A stretch of 58,487 bases of DNA, the filler included, from Sphacelaria rigidula (Eukaryota), in the NCBI GenBank assembly GCA_964200075.2. It is 8 parts of 8 records of this genome, joined end to end, with 100 filler letters (N's around TTAATTAATTAA, not from the genome) between each part and the next. Parts side by side here need not be neighbours in the genome. Positions count along the whole stretch, not along the records: positions 7,325 to 14,548 come from CAXNAA020015888.1; positions 14,649 to 21,872 come from CAXNAA020015889.1; positions 21,973 to 29,195 come from CAXNAA020015890.1; 5 more parts are not named here. The stretch is one strand, 5' to 3'. A program made the position numbers and the translations under genes. Positions 12,865 through 25,459 of the stretch are shown here, one piece after another; position 1 is the first letter of the stretch, and every line of letters starts with the position of its first letter. The notes under the pieces are model-generated. The model worked only from the letters and a program-made list of their open reading frames with translations, made no database searches and had not been told where the DNA came from.

Positions 12865-13932
12865 TCACACCTTCACCTGTGCCTGTATCTGTGCTGACGC
12901 CCCTTCTCTTGCCCGCGTGCTTTCGGAAGATGCAGAGCCTGACCAATCGACCCCGGTTGCCGGTTTCTGATGCCGATCGCCCTCGGAGCTAGGCAGCTTC
13001 TGTCCTACACTCACGCCCACAGCCGCGGCTACCGCACCCTTCTGCACGATGCATTGTTCCACCACGGGGGCAGTAGATATCTCGGGGAGCTTACTCACGT
13101 GCATCGAGGACCCTACGGAACCCGACTTTTCCTCCTTCTGTATATGTCGGAGTTTTCGGGCCCTCGCCTTTCTCCTCGCCTTGCGGCTGCTCGGGTCGAC
13201 AAAGCCGTCGACCGGAGCGAGAATCGTCATTCCGCCACCGCTCGCTCGGGCTGATCGCGGTGTCCCGTCCATCTCTGTCGTACCTTTGCCGCGGTGGGGC
13301 TTCTTCGTCTCCCAAGGCACGCCTCCCCCCTTGCTGCCACCGGCAAAGACCACATCACCGACATCGTGGTCCGACGGCGCTGGGGTGTTGCTCGACGACG
13401 ACGCAGCGCATGGTGGTGACTCCTCCTCGCCCTTCTGCTCTACGCCCACGGCTGGCGTGGAATCAGCTGCCGCCGCGGGCTGCTTGACGCCGTGCGCGCC
13501 GCAGCCGGCGAAGGAAATATCGCCCGGCCTAATGGGCAACGAGGCCCTGTCGTTGAGTCCGGCGTCATTGCCACTGCTGCTGTCTCTGCTGTTGGCGTTG
13601 TCGTTGTCTGCGGCACCGCCGCGACCCATGTGGGACGGGACACAGCTGCGCCTGCAGCTAAGGGGGTCGAAAGCGACGCCCTCCTCGGTCTCATCACTGC
13701 AAAGTGGAGGAGAGACCATGTTTGTGTCGGCACAGATAAGAGATGAGGCCATCTGCAACACCTTGTCCTGCTCGCTGTTGACGTCAGCGTTGCGGCTGAC
13801 GGCCGGGAGTCCATCAACATCGACATCGTCATCCGCATCCTCGATCACCACACGCGACACCGGCGTTGCGGGCGCCGCTGCTCGAGTCGCCGCGTCCGCG
13901 CCCACAGCCGTGCGCTTCACACAAACTTTCAT
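12865..13932 (-). CDS. Long low-complexity Ala/Ser/Gly-rich open frame, probable exon of the same (TE-associated?) minus-strand gene
   Basis: Over 350 codons open (MKVCVKRT...), GC-rich, with a basic NLS-like stretch RKARRKARARKLR; no recognisable domain. Confidence 0.4.
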   Translation of the reverse strand: MKVCVKRTAVGADAATRAAAPATPVSRVVIEDADDDVDVDGLPAVSRNADVNSEQDKVLQMASSLICADTNMVSPPLCSDETEEGVAFDPLSCRRSCVPSHMGRGGAADNDNANSRDSSSGNDAGLNDRASLPIRPGDISFAGCGAHGVKQPAAAADSTPAVGVEQKGEEESPPCAASSSSNTPAPSDHDVGDVVFAGGSKGGGVPWETKKPHRGKGTTEMDGTPRSARASGGGMTILAPVDGFVDPSSRKARRKARARKLRHIQKEEKSGSVGSSMHVSKLPEISTAPVVEQCIVQKGAVAAAVGVSVGQKLPSSEGDRHQKPATGVDWSGSASSESTRAREGASAQIQAQVKV

Positions 13933-14484
13933 GCCGCTGTAAGACACATGCACAAACACGGCTACTGTAACTTGGCCGGACGTCACAACGAATGCGGATG
14001 TCCTCGTCCACGGTATCGCCACTTGACGGTCAGCGGGTGCACGGTTGCCGCCGATCAACCAAGCCTCATGTCTCACCGAACCAGCAGGCGAGAGCCATCC
14101 CGTCCCCGCCCCGTACACCGACACTGTAGGGCCGTCCGTTGCTGCTGCATACCGGAGGTTTCTCAGGGTCCACGTCGGGGGGCGGAGAGGGCGTCTTTCT
14201 CCCGTGGAGCATGCTACCGTTCGCTGCGTTGGGCCACCTCGGTCTGACTGCTGATAGTTACCCCGGAGTCCCAGGCCGTATAGAGGGTGCGCGGGTTGGT
14301 CGAGCGCTCCATCCGATCTGAACCGAGTGGTGCACACCACCGTCTGCCGCCAAGAGGCCGCGGAATTGCACTGACAGTGATTCGCTGTCCCGCTCCTGCG
14401 AGTCACCCAAAAGCACCGGGGCATGAAATAGCGAGAGCGGGAGGAGAGGGGCAGGCAGCGCATGCGAAGAAGGGGTTGGGAGGT

Positions 14485-14548
14485 GTACTCATGATCATGC
14501 ATGCCATAGTCATAAGACCATTGACCTCGCATCCCTACAAAGCCAAAA
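14485..14548 (-). repeat. 3' end of the (C)n-associated dispersed repeat (cut by spacer)
   Basis: Reverse complement TTTGTAGGGATGCGAGGTCAATGGTCTTATGACTATGGCATGCATGATCATGAGTAC matches 29296-29352. Confidence 0.85.
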
Positions 14549-15599
14549 NNNNNNNNNNNNNNNNNNNNNNNNNNNNNNNNNNNNNNNNNNNNTTAATTAA
14601 TTAANNNNNNNNNNNNNNNNNNNNNNNNNNNNNNNNNNNNNNNNNNNNACGAGGTGCGCCCCCCCCCCCCCCCTTCGGGTGGGGGGAAACACGTTGAGAC
14701 TACTCGTAGAATGTAGTGCAGCTATGCTTGGATACGTTTGCAAGGAAACGAGCATCGGCTATTACGGACAACGTACGACAGCAACGTGAACCCACCGAGA
14801 CAACAGACTCTCACCTCGGGTAAGGATCGAACCCTGTTGTGCCATAAGCACAACTTCCTGGATGATTCCTCATTCTTGTTGCCACCGGCGTTGAATCCAA
14901 ACATTTCTTGCACCTCGTTTTCCTGTTTTGGAAACCTTCTCGGTCATGAATGCAACTTGATCTTCGTCTGTGAGCCGACTCTCACGCCTATACTGAGGTT
15001 CGCAAATGCAGCCATTGGAAGAAGCTCGAAATATGTTTAAGTAATCAACCCCTTCACCACGAGGGTAGGTCATCTCTTGAATCGGCACCCCCTTCACGAG
15101 AAAAATCAATGCATGACCCAGGTGGCGGCCAGGGGGTTAGGGAACTCGAAGCAAACGTACAGAAAAAAATCCTACTATTGATAGAGTGGAACCAGCAAAG
15201 AAATGGGCAAGGAACGAGATCAGAAATCAGCAAGAGTACAGCAAGCAATCTGTACAGAGCATAACCGCGCATGTCTAGTCAACAACTTGTCTAGCGGGCG
15301 TACTACGCAGGTGATCATACCGTCCTTGCGTTGCTGTCTATCATAGGAGAGAGCTGTCACCAGCTTACGGCCTACTGCTCGAGGCGGATACATACCGCAA
15401 TATATCAACATGCACCCTTCTTTACGTGTTTCTGCTGAACCTCCGCTACTACTACGGATCATCCTCGTTAATCCAAAGGGTCAAAAAGTACACCGTACAA
15501 ACCATGCTGTTTGTCCGCAGGGCAATATTTAATTGCTGAGTATAACGTAGTTTTCCCTTGGACGGAAACGGCGTGTATGCATGAGGAGCATATGCAGAG

Positions 15600-15749
15600 A
15601 GGGGTGGGTGGGTGGGGGGGGGTGGGGGGGGGGGGGGGGCGACGAAGCAGGCGCTCTGCCCGAACACGATGCCCTCGCCCCCCCCGCACCCCTGCGGAGG
15701 AGGTGGTGAGNNNNNNNNNCGGGGGGGGGGGGGGGGGGGGGGGGGGGGT

Positions 15750-15786
<37 letters not shown>
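15600..15786. repeat. Poly-G tracts with small internal N gap
   Basis: Long G runs; 9 N at 15711-15719; the poly-Pro and poly-Gly ORFs here are artefacts. Confidence 0.9.
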
Positions 15787-15787
<1 letters not shown>

Positions 15788-16689
15788 GAGAAGCAACCGG
15801 GTCACTACGTAAATAATGACACGTCACACCCCCTACCACCATACGGGACGCGGTTCACGGTTTACGCCCGTGCAGTATTCATATTACGGGCTATCATCCC
15901 AAAAGATTGGTCTGCCAAAACCCCATGCCGTTTATCACGTCATTTTCAGGAGATAAACCCTGAAGTTTTGCACGCAAACACGAGGAGTCATTACAAGTAT
16001 CTCGATGGACGTTTTCCCCCCTTCACTTTCTTGTATTTCCACCGGTTTTCGGGGGTTCCGGGGTCCTCGGGGGAATTTTTCTCGGCGTCCTTGAACACCG
16101 TGGGACCCCGAAAACCGGTGAGAAGTCGGCGAGTGAAAGGGCCTCGTCCATCGATTGTTTTTCAAGTGACCCGTAGTACGTATGTGCAACATTTTATGGT
16201 CTTCTGTACCTCGAGGTGACGTTTTTTCGCGCTCGTGTGCGATGAAGTGAGGATGAAACGGACAAATTCCCAACTCCTTGATTTGAGAGTGAGGACGTAT
16301 TTTTCGGGTATTTTGAGAAAAAAAAAGTTATATGGGTTTTTCGAGTTCGCAACTAAACTTTGTACGTAGTAGGTCCTTGGTCTACCGCGGGGACGCATAG
16401 TTTTACTCTTTTTATTTTGAGGCACTCTGTATCGCCTTCCGGAAATCCTCACGCTGGGACTCTCGGAAGCCGGTAAACCCCGAAAGGACGTTGAGACATT
16501 GTCAACAAGACATATTTCCCATTTGGAGCCACAACACCTACGGAACTGCCAAGTTTGAGGGCGACCTGAGCTTTGCTACGGCAGATATAATGGAAACCTT
16601 GCATGCTGCGTCTTCCGTCCGTATCACCAGTGCAAATCCGACGACGTCAGAACCCTCCATCACTGAAGAATCACGGTTTGGGGTTTAGC

Positions 16690-17600
16690 TCGACCCCATA
16701 GTAAAAACGCTATCAAACGTGTGTTTCCTCTTCGCCTCCCGAGCTGATGGCGATCACGCCGATTTAAAGTATGTGGAAGTTGGGAAGCGCTTGAATCAAG
16801 AACACTTGTTTTTGATTTCAGAACAGTTTCAAGGGCGCTGATTGGTCGAGGTACCTTTCGCCGCTAGCAAGCAAAACTCCGGCTATGTCGCCCTCTTCGA
16901 TTGTTCATGGCGGTCAGTATAATGCCATGTGCGCGACTATTGGGCAGGTATGGCGGAACGCATTTTCTGGTGACACAATTTGGGATAAAAGCGTGAACCA
17001 GCCTGTAAGGATACGTGTACACACGTTCACAGGGAACTGTCCGCGTTTTGCAGGATAGCGAGAAGAGAACGACGAGGCACCGAAGACATCTGGTGGCGAG
17101 AAATCAAACTTCAAGGCTGTGCCTTCTTCGTAATATGCATGATATGCCACGCCATTCTTGTTTCATTCCTACTATGGAACAGCGAACATCGAAGGAATAT
17201 CATGGAGCGGGGCTGGGATGGAGGGTGTTACCCATCGTCATCGCTGGAATTGCGTCGGAATTATGGCGGTTACAATATTTGGCAGGCGAAGATCTTTGAA
17301 ACGACACATGCCAGGTGCAGCCGATCAAATTGCAAGCCTCAAAACGCTCCGGAGAGTGCGCCGCCTCGCTGTCTCATCAGCATCGGAGGTATGACCGGCA
17401 AGATGAAGTGAGCAAACGTCGGTGAGTGAGGCAATCGCAGTCAGAAGCCCCGAGTACGTCGGCATGGGTGTAGAGCAGACCGATTGTATTTTGGATTAGA
17501 ACCCCCGTATGAGCTCGTATCTACAACAGTACCACACTGTACGTGTCTCCTCTGTTTTGCCCACGGTACAGCAAAATCACAGGAATCGATCTGTCCTACA
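16690..17600 (+). pseudogene. Possible decayed CMC/Plavaka-like DDE transposase
   Basis: Broken frames VCFLFASRADG..., SGYVALF, AFSGDTIWDKSVNQPVRIRVHTFTGNCP (resembles G..WD....VRIR...F.GDxP), later CFAHGTAK; recognised by eye only. Confidence 0.3.
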
Positions 17601-18879
17601 CCAACAGCAGCACAAAAAACAGGCGATGCCGATGAATGGGAACATGATTTTTCTATGGGACCGAACTGAGGTCGAAGTTGTACTCGTTTATGGTATTCCA
17701 CCTCGTACCCGCGTTTGCAGGCATCCCTTGACGCGGGCAACCTTGGACGGGCACTATAATACTAGGAGCAGCGCCATACTTAGTTCCGAATAAGCGCACA
17801 TCATCAGGCTATCCCTTCCGCCTGGGCGGGGAGCTGAAGGCGGGTGTCGTACACTCAGCAGCGTAACGCCTCTTGGGGCTTGGTCATACCATTGATAAAA
17901 TACCACCTCAATGAATGTGAATCGACTGGTTGAGCGGACATGATGAGGCAAGATCCAGAGAAAACACATGAACGAAGTCGCGGCCCCGATATGCCACCGG
18001 GTACTAGCATAATATTATAGATCTATCTCCCACGCGGTGTAAATCGATCAACCGTCAACATTAGCTTCGAGTCGCAGGGGAATAAAGCCGTCCTTGGGGA
18101 TTCAAACAACGATGCTAAATAGGTACAGTATATATAGCCCTACTCCGGGGGTTCTCCGCCGAAAGGTCACCCCGCCGCGCATCAGGTATGTACGCATCGA
18201 CGACGCCCACGTTGAATCACAGTAATATCAACCGTTGGTCGATCAGATCCCAAGGTCGGTACGAGCTGGTCCAGCCTACAAACGGGTTTAAGCTCTCGAA
18301 GCAATATATCTCTCATCGATACAGACGAGTTGGGCCGTAATCCGCATATGCATCGCATTCGCCATCAAATAATCAAGGGGAAGATGCCCAACTGCTCAAA
18401 AGTCTTGGCCAACTGTTGTTGATTGAACACCATGTCTCGCAGTTCATATACCGTACGAAGAGAGGACCCCCCGTACAGTCTATCTGGAACCCCAGTGGAT
18501 ATATTCAACGGATGACGATTTTTGGTGTCGACATTTCCTGAAGCACGGGGAAGCGATGAATACCCCCACCTTCACCTAAGTCATCTTCTAGCTGGAGACA
18601 TGGTGCACATGATATTTCCTACTGAGAGTCAACATATATATGACGAGTTGATGCATCCGATGTACTATATCTGGATGTCGCGCCTCATTTGTTTTCAGAA
18701 GTTGTCCTGCTTTGAAATTTCGTAATGATAATCGTTAGGGCATGATGATGTGGAACAAACCCTTTAGCTTCTCGAGAATTTCACCGTTTTTTTTCGTTTT
18801 TCAGGGGCGTTCTGAGGGACAGTGGACGTTGTGCTTGGCCCTTATCTCAACGTCTCAGCTTTTTAGCTCATTTTTCAGA

Positions 18880-19495
18880 ATTGTGATTTGAACATTAGAA
18901 TGGAGAATCGCAGAGGTATTCTGAAAATACGACAAAAGTGGGCCTTGTTGGATTGTCTTTGGAGAGGTAAGGAGGGCGTTCTCGTGAAACAAAATGGTCT
19001 TTACTATACTCATACGTCCTGCAGCCATGAAAAAAAAAAAAAAACCTGTCCCACCTTTGTTGTTTCATTATGACCTGGCGAGGGACCACACATAAGTCCA
19101 AACCACAAGTACGACGTGGGCCGGTAAGTGGCCTGCAAGATATTATTCCGAATCGCGACCGACTCGGCTTCTAAATCGCCTCGCCTCACCTCAATTTTGA
19201 GAGGTGAACTTTCAAAACTGGTACGGAGGTTGAAGAGGGCATGGTAATCGTATTTGTTTTCGGAACCCTGAGGTGTTCTTATCACGAGTTGAAGGCAATA
19301 ATCAGTATCCAGTTTCCAGTCGAAAGCCGTTGGCACATGAAAAAAAGAAGAGAAACTCAGGGTCCCCATTTCTTTCTTGTCATCATCTCCTGTTCATTCT
19401 CCTTACCAAATTTGAGCGTCCAACTCTCAAAATTGAGGTGAGCCTGGGCCTGCAAATCACGAATTCGCGTCTAGGCTGGACCAGCTCGCAGAATC
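18880..19495 (+). mobile_element. Dispersed ~600-bp non-autonomous repeat with internal inverted repeat and terminal mini-hairpin (Helitron/Helentron-like?)
   Basis: Homologous to 20150-20720 and 44190-44815 (ATGGAGAAYCRCAGAGGTAT..., CGTGGGYCGGTAAGTGGCCTGCAA..., end AGGCTGGNCCAGCTCG); inverted repeat 19185-19220 vs 19405-19443. Confidence 0.6.
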
Positions 19496-20149
19496 TGTAC
19501 GAAACCCCAAAATATATACAGCGGATGTCGAGTGGTTTGGCAGCAGCCCCGCCAAGGAGTGTGGATGGCTTGAGGAGGAGACAAAATCTTCACATGTGAA
19601 ACAAAGTGAGGAAAGCCGGGCACACCCAACAGCTGGGAACCCCCACCCTTGGAATTGTTTTCGCCAACATCGCCGATATGAAGGGCTCCATGCGGTCTGA
19701 AACCAGCCACGCATCATGCTGTATGGCAATTTTCTTCGTGACAGGATTGGGGCTGGTTTTGGGGGGGGGCTATGCGGCATCACTCTAACGCTGACCTTCG
19801 GTGTGAACATTTATTGGGGCACGGAGTGACGATCGGTACCCTCACTTTCACCAGATTCGTTATCCGTCGAGAGATACCGCGTTTCAAGTATTCCACACTA
19901 AAACTTAGGTTATCACGAGGAGAGGCGCTAAATGCACTAATTCTGGATTTCGCGTCTCAGTTTCGAGAGCTGTGCTTTGAATATTTGGTATGGAGCATCG
20001 CCAGAGGCAAATGGAAGATTACATACGGCACCGTGAGATTTGTTTCCAGTAGTCACGTATATTCTCGTGGAAAACGGATATTCGTTTCTGACTTAAACTC
20101 ACACCACACTGAGTCTGGATCCAGCAGCTCCGTTTTGGGAGTTGTGCTT

Positions 20150-20720
20150 TGAAATTTAGCGTGGAAGACTACAAGGGCATATTTGGACAACAAACTCCGG
20201 GACCTTGTTTTTTCCTTGAGCGAAGGACGTTCTCGTGAAAAGGTTTGGTATTTCATGATAACGTCCTTGACTCACGAGAACAAACACTCCATGTCCCGTC
20301 TTTTTTTGTTTTCGATCCTACCCTTGCGATTGTCCACTCTGACTTCCAACGCACAACCTGAGCTGCTAAATGGCCTGCAAGATACAACTTCGTTTCTAGG
20401 TTGGCCCAGTATGTATATCTGGATTCTGCAGCTCATTTATGAGAATTGCGCTTTGGAGGTTGGTATTGGCAATCGCTAGGGCAAAATAAAAGAATGATCT
20501 GTGGGGCCTGCGATTTTTGTCCTTGATGAGTTCAGGACGTTTTGTGAAGAATGAGTATTGTGTTTCACCCTAAGACGAAGATAAAGTCCCAAGGTCCTCT
20601 CTTTTTTATTGCTATGCCCTTGCGATTCTCCACATCGATTGTCACACCAACTTTCAATAGCGAGCTGCAAACCCGCCTGCTACCTAAAGACCCGTTTGAA
20701 GGCTGGTCCAGCTCGTAGAT
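20150..20720 (+). mobile_element. Second, more diverged copy of the same ~600-bp repeat
   Basis: Shares GGxCGTTCTCGTGAAA, TGGCCTGCAAGATA and the terminal GGCTGGTCCAGCTCGTA. Confidence 0.5.
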
Positions 20721-21625
20721 GATATTTGTGTGCCATGCCCAGCAACGCAGTTCAAAGTATTTGATTGATTCGTTTGATTGTGACACAATATCTGATCCCG
20801 CAGGGACCGAACTGTGGTCACACGATAGGCGTACCTAAAGTATACAAAACGGAAACGCTCGTTGAAGAGAGAGAAAAAGGTGGGAGAACAAGAAGATGGG
20901 AAAGACACGGAGTACACTAGAACACAAAAACAAAACAAAACAAGTACGAAAACAAGAACGAAACAAGTACAAAATAGCAACGGAAGGGAAAAGAAAGGAA
21001 CTCGAACAAAATCGGTCCCGGTGGAAGCAAAATAGATACAAGAACAGAAGCAGAGGAATAAGACCAAGAAAGGCCGGTCCCTGCAGCATGGCTGCAGCTG
21101 AGAAAAGGACGTGCGCAAAAGCACATGCACCCCTACAGTACCCGACACATGTCAAGCAACTCCTGTTTGGCTATGGGTCGCTTCTTGTTCCTCTCTGATT
21201 TCGACAGAAATGCTCGAATCCAATTTCTTATTGGGCGAAGAAGTGCAACAAGCTCAATTCATGGTTGAAATTCAAATTCTTGTTTTACAAAGAGGCGTTC
21301 AATTCGATACGTTCTACTTCAGCGGTAGTCAAGAATGTGTTTCTCCCACACGACGTTTCCCACTCATAACCCACAGGATGTCGCTTAGAAGTGATGCTGT
21401 TCAGGACTGCAGGAGGGATCGAAGTTGGTCTTGCCGCACCGTCAACGACTCCTGTATCACACTACCGCAGCACTATACTGTATAGCCATGACATCCATCC
21501 AATCGACATGGTCTACACTACGCACATTGGGCGGTAATGCTTCCACGCCGCTACTGACTGCCGGTATTTCTCCACCTGCCTCTGAATCTCCCCGCTGACT
21601 GCCTCCCCCCCTCCCCTCCCCCCTC

Positions 21626-21872
21626 TGCTCCGTCTCGAAAGGGATGCGTGGTCAATGGTCAAATGACTAAGGCAAGCAACAAATGAGTACGCCCCCCCCC
21701 CCCCCCCCCCCCTCAGCCTGGTCCGGCGAAAACCCGGCGTGCTCCGTTCCGGCTTTGTAGGGGCGGATCCCCTGATGGGGTTGGCGTCGGTTGGCGATGA
21801 CACTGCAAAACACGCCACTCACTGCGTAAGCCAGGCAACCAGGTTACCGTTTTTTTGCGCGCTTGCGTTTTT
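21626..21872 (+). repeat. Two adjacent pieces of the (C)n-associated repeat (3' end, C-run, 5' end)
   Basis: ...AAATGAGTAC, then a ~21-nt C run, then GCCTGGTCCGGCGAAAACCCGGCGTGCTCCG... Confidence 0.85.
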
Positions 21873-21972
21873 NNNNNNNNNNNNNNNNNNNNNNNNNNNN
21901 NNNNNNNNNNNNNNNNTTAATTAATTAANNNNNNNNNNNNNNNNNNNNNNNNNNNNNNNNNNNNNNNNNNNN

Positions 21973-24180
21973 TACACATGGTCTACGCAACTACGGTTTG
22001 GTGTGAATCCTGCTTGCGCCTCGCTGATTTTGTCGTCATCTTCTAGCATCGTTCCTACTCAATCGTTCAGGATCCTACAGAATGTTTTCCCTACCGTGCT
22101 CAGTAGAGTTATCCCTCTGTAGTTCGCTGGGTCAGCCTTGTCTCCGTTTTTGAAAATATTGACGACTACTCCTTCTCTCCACCTCTTGGGTGTGTACTCA
22201 TTCTCCCACATCCAGTTGTACAGCATAACCACCATGGTAATCATTCCTTCTCCCCCGTACTTTAGAAAGTCATTCACTATTCCGTCTGCCCCTACTGCCT
22301 TTCTGTTCTTGAGTTTAGCTACGCACTCCTTCACTTCATCTCCATAGTAAACTCTCTCTGCAACTCTTTCGAGCCACTATCCGACCGTTTTGACGTTTGC
22401 TTCTGCCCACGCGTTGAATTCTTTTTCGAATTCCGTGTCGAACTTCGTGTTAGTTGTTGGTGTTGGCAGTTTACGGTATTTTGCTCGACTAGCACTTCTC
22501 TCTTTCCCTTCGAACTGCTGACCACTTTACCGTTCTGTGCCCGGACTGTAGCTATCGCCTTGTCCATTTTCTCTGCCTAGTTTCCCATAATCCCTTCTAT
22601 CCCTGACCACATTTGTTTCATCCTGCCGTCCAAATCTTCATTTGTTTTTTCCACTACATCTCCCCATACTCTCTTCTTTTTCTGTTGTACCATCCTTTTT
22701 ACTTCCTTCGGAGCTTTCGTATACCCCTCCCATTCTGCCGTAGTTTTAATCGGTATCCACCTTGCGTGTGCCTCTCTCCTTACTCTCATGGCCTCTGTTA
22801 CTTCCTCATCCCACCATTTTACTGCTCTGTTGCATACGATCAGTTTCCTCCCTATGACTTTAGTCGCTGTGTTCTTGACCAGCTGCTCCCCCCCTTCTAC
22901 AATCTTCGCTCCTGCCCGATTTCTTTCCATTTCGGTATCTACTGAACCTACGCGTTCCAACAGCTCGGAAAATTTCGCGCATTTTGGGCCATCTCCTCTT
23001 GGGACTCTTGCCGTGTCTCTTCCATATCTAGTTCATCGATTCTTCATTCGTACATCTTCCTTCCCCGCCTATTTCTTTTAGCTTTCATCTGTTGGCTTGC
23101 TGTCCATAGTAGGCAGTGATCTGTGGTTCCCGTGTCCTCCGCGCATACATGCACTTCCATTTCTTCACTACTTCCATGCTCTACCACTATATAGTCAAGA
23201 ACGGAGCGTTCTAATATATCGCTTTTGCATTTTCTTGTCCATGTCCATTGCCCCTTTTAGCTTTTGTGTTCTATCGCTCAGCGTCTTCATCTCGTTATGC
23301 TCGAGGAACTTGAGCATCTCTACCCCATTCGTGTTCTTCCATCTTCCCCGTATTGCTCAATGATATCATCCGGTTGACCTGCTCTTCCTACTCTTGCATG
23401 AAAATCTCCCACTAACATTACTTCTCCTTTTATATGTATGTACATCTGCTGCTATCTCTCTAAACCTCCGTTGTACATCGTTCACCCTACTCTTCGATTC
23501 TGGGGGCATGTAGATGTTACCTACGGAGAAGTCCTTCGTTCCCCGCTCTCCTGGTACCCTTAGCCATATGCTCTCGTTGAATTTCGTGTGATCACTTCTA
23601 TACTGTCACACAGATATTCCTTGACTAAGAATCCCACCCCTCCCGCTCTCCTGCTCTTGGACTTCTGCCCCTTCCGCTTTTTCCCTACACATGCGTACTC
23701 CTCACCTTTGCATCCTATTTCCGCCCCCTCTTCACCCCATGACTCTTGGATTCCTACTATATCTAGGTCGTGTTTACTCACTTGTTGTGCTATCTCCTCT
23801 CTTATGCGCTTGTCAGTGACGAACCCACACACGTTCCACGATCCTATGCTTAACTCATTCTCCGAATTATCTGCTCTCGTGTTGTCTACTGTTTTCCCAC
23901 CGTCGCTTTTACTATTTCTCTTCCTTGCTTGGTTTTTCTTCCCGTTTCTGCGTTGGTCTTTGTCTATTTTCCTCGGGCCGCTATGTTCCCTGCCCTTCCC
24001 CTTCCGGGCACGCACCTGTTCCTGCCTCTCTCCCCCTCCGTTTACCCGTGGCCTACGACCTGGGTTTGTTGTTCTATTAGCTGTGCACACTCTCCACCCT
24101 ACTCTTCTAACCCATGCCGACACCTTACTTGTCTCTGTTCTTTCCCACTCCGTGCTCGCGCTCTGTTTTGGCGTGACTTA
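21973..24180 (-). mobile_element. Degenerate LINE (non-LTR retrotransposon, APE endonuclease + N-terminal RT; RTE-like), truncated by spacer
   Basis: APE motifs IGSWNVCG, DIVGIQESW, GGVGFLVK, GNIYMPP, VMLVGDFHARVG; RT region KAVGADGI..FLKYGG..W..GVVVNIFK.GDKADPANYRGITLLSTVGKTF..QAGF; several frameshifts and stops. Confidence 0.93.
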
Positions 24181-25459
24181 GAAGTTTTTTCCCTCCCTTT
24201 CTACTTTTCCCTTCACCAAACAGCATAGTCCAACTCCACTGCATTTCATTTTGAACTCTATTCTTGTCATGTCGCTACGAGCCCCGATACTAGCACTACC
24301 AGCACTTCACCCGTCCACTCTTTACTTCTCCATCCTCCCTTCCTTACCGTGGTCTCGTGAAAGACGTACCCAACAAAACAAAATTAAAACACTCGCTGAA
24401 ATAAAAAAGGAACGGAAGAAAAAAAAGTCGAACATAACGACATAGTAGACTGAGACGTAACAAAAAAAGGAATAATAATTTTTAAAATAGAAAAAACAAA
24501 ACACAAAAAAAAAATGGCCGACCTAGAACAAAAAAAGGAAACAAGAGGAAAGTAAATAGCAAATATATATAAAAAATAATATGATGAAAAAAAGAAAAAA
24601 CCCAAGGGATTCAGGGTAGCAGAGTAAATACAGATACAAACCAGTGGGCAGCGCAGAACCACCGACTAAGGACATAATCAACAACCGATATAAGCAGACA
24701 GGATTCTTCGGTTGGCAGCCCTCGACGCAGCAGCCTCTCGCTTGTGACGATGGTCTGATTCTCGCTTGTCCGCACGTCGCCACGTGTCCTGAACTCTTCC
24801 GCTCCCTTTTCGACTCCAATATGCTATATGCCCATGTTCTTCGCCGAAGGGATGTCCCGTGCAGTACTTTTCCACTTCGTATACGGTTCACCATGGATCG
24901 CTGCTCCACTGATGCTTCCGAGTAGGCCTTTGTTGCCGAAAGCTTGGCCAAGGATTACCCCACGCTGTTTACCAGCTTCTATCCTTCAAGATCTCAAGAA
25001 GTCTACGTATCGCTTGATGATCCTTCTCGTAGGTCATGTGATCGGTCATCGCTAAGGCGTTTGTTTCATGAGTGCAGTAGGTCTTGACGTGTATGTCATG
25101 CATTGTCCACCCCTTCCCTCCATTAGGCGCTTTTTGCACCTGATGTGGGAAATTTCCGGAAATGACTGACCAGACTCCCCCGCCCCGTGGAAACCCGGTG
25201 AGGTTTTACGGGTATCTCATCACGAGACCCCAACCTCCATGTGAATTTGACATGAAGGGGGTGATGACCCTACCTATCCGTACTGGTAAAATCTTCTGTA
25301 CTTTCGATTTGCATGAAAGGTGGTCAACCAACACGCTATTACTTGCATGTCTAGGTTTTGGCATTTATTCTTGCCTTATGTTTGTTATGATATGGGGGGG
25401 GAGAATCTCGGTTGTTTTTCAACTTGATATGGGAAAGCATATCTGTCATTTTTTTGCTA

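Noticed and set aside
13933-14532. N-terminal 200 aa of the 555-aa ORF
   Set aside because: Starts inside the dispersed repeat at a non-ATG codon; probably non-coding read-through
15452-15842. Poly-Pro/poly-Gly ORFs
   Set aside because: Translations of G homopolymers spanning an N gap
20835-21198. Hydrophobic or Lys-rich ORFs (also 24251-24662)
   Set aside because: A-rich low-complexity tracts; no domain
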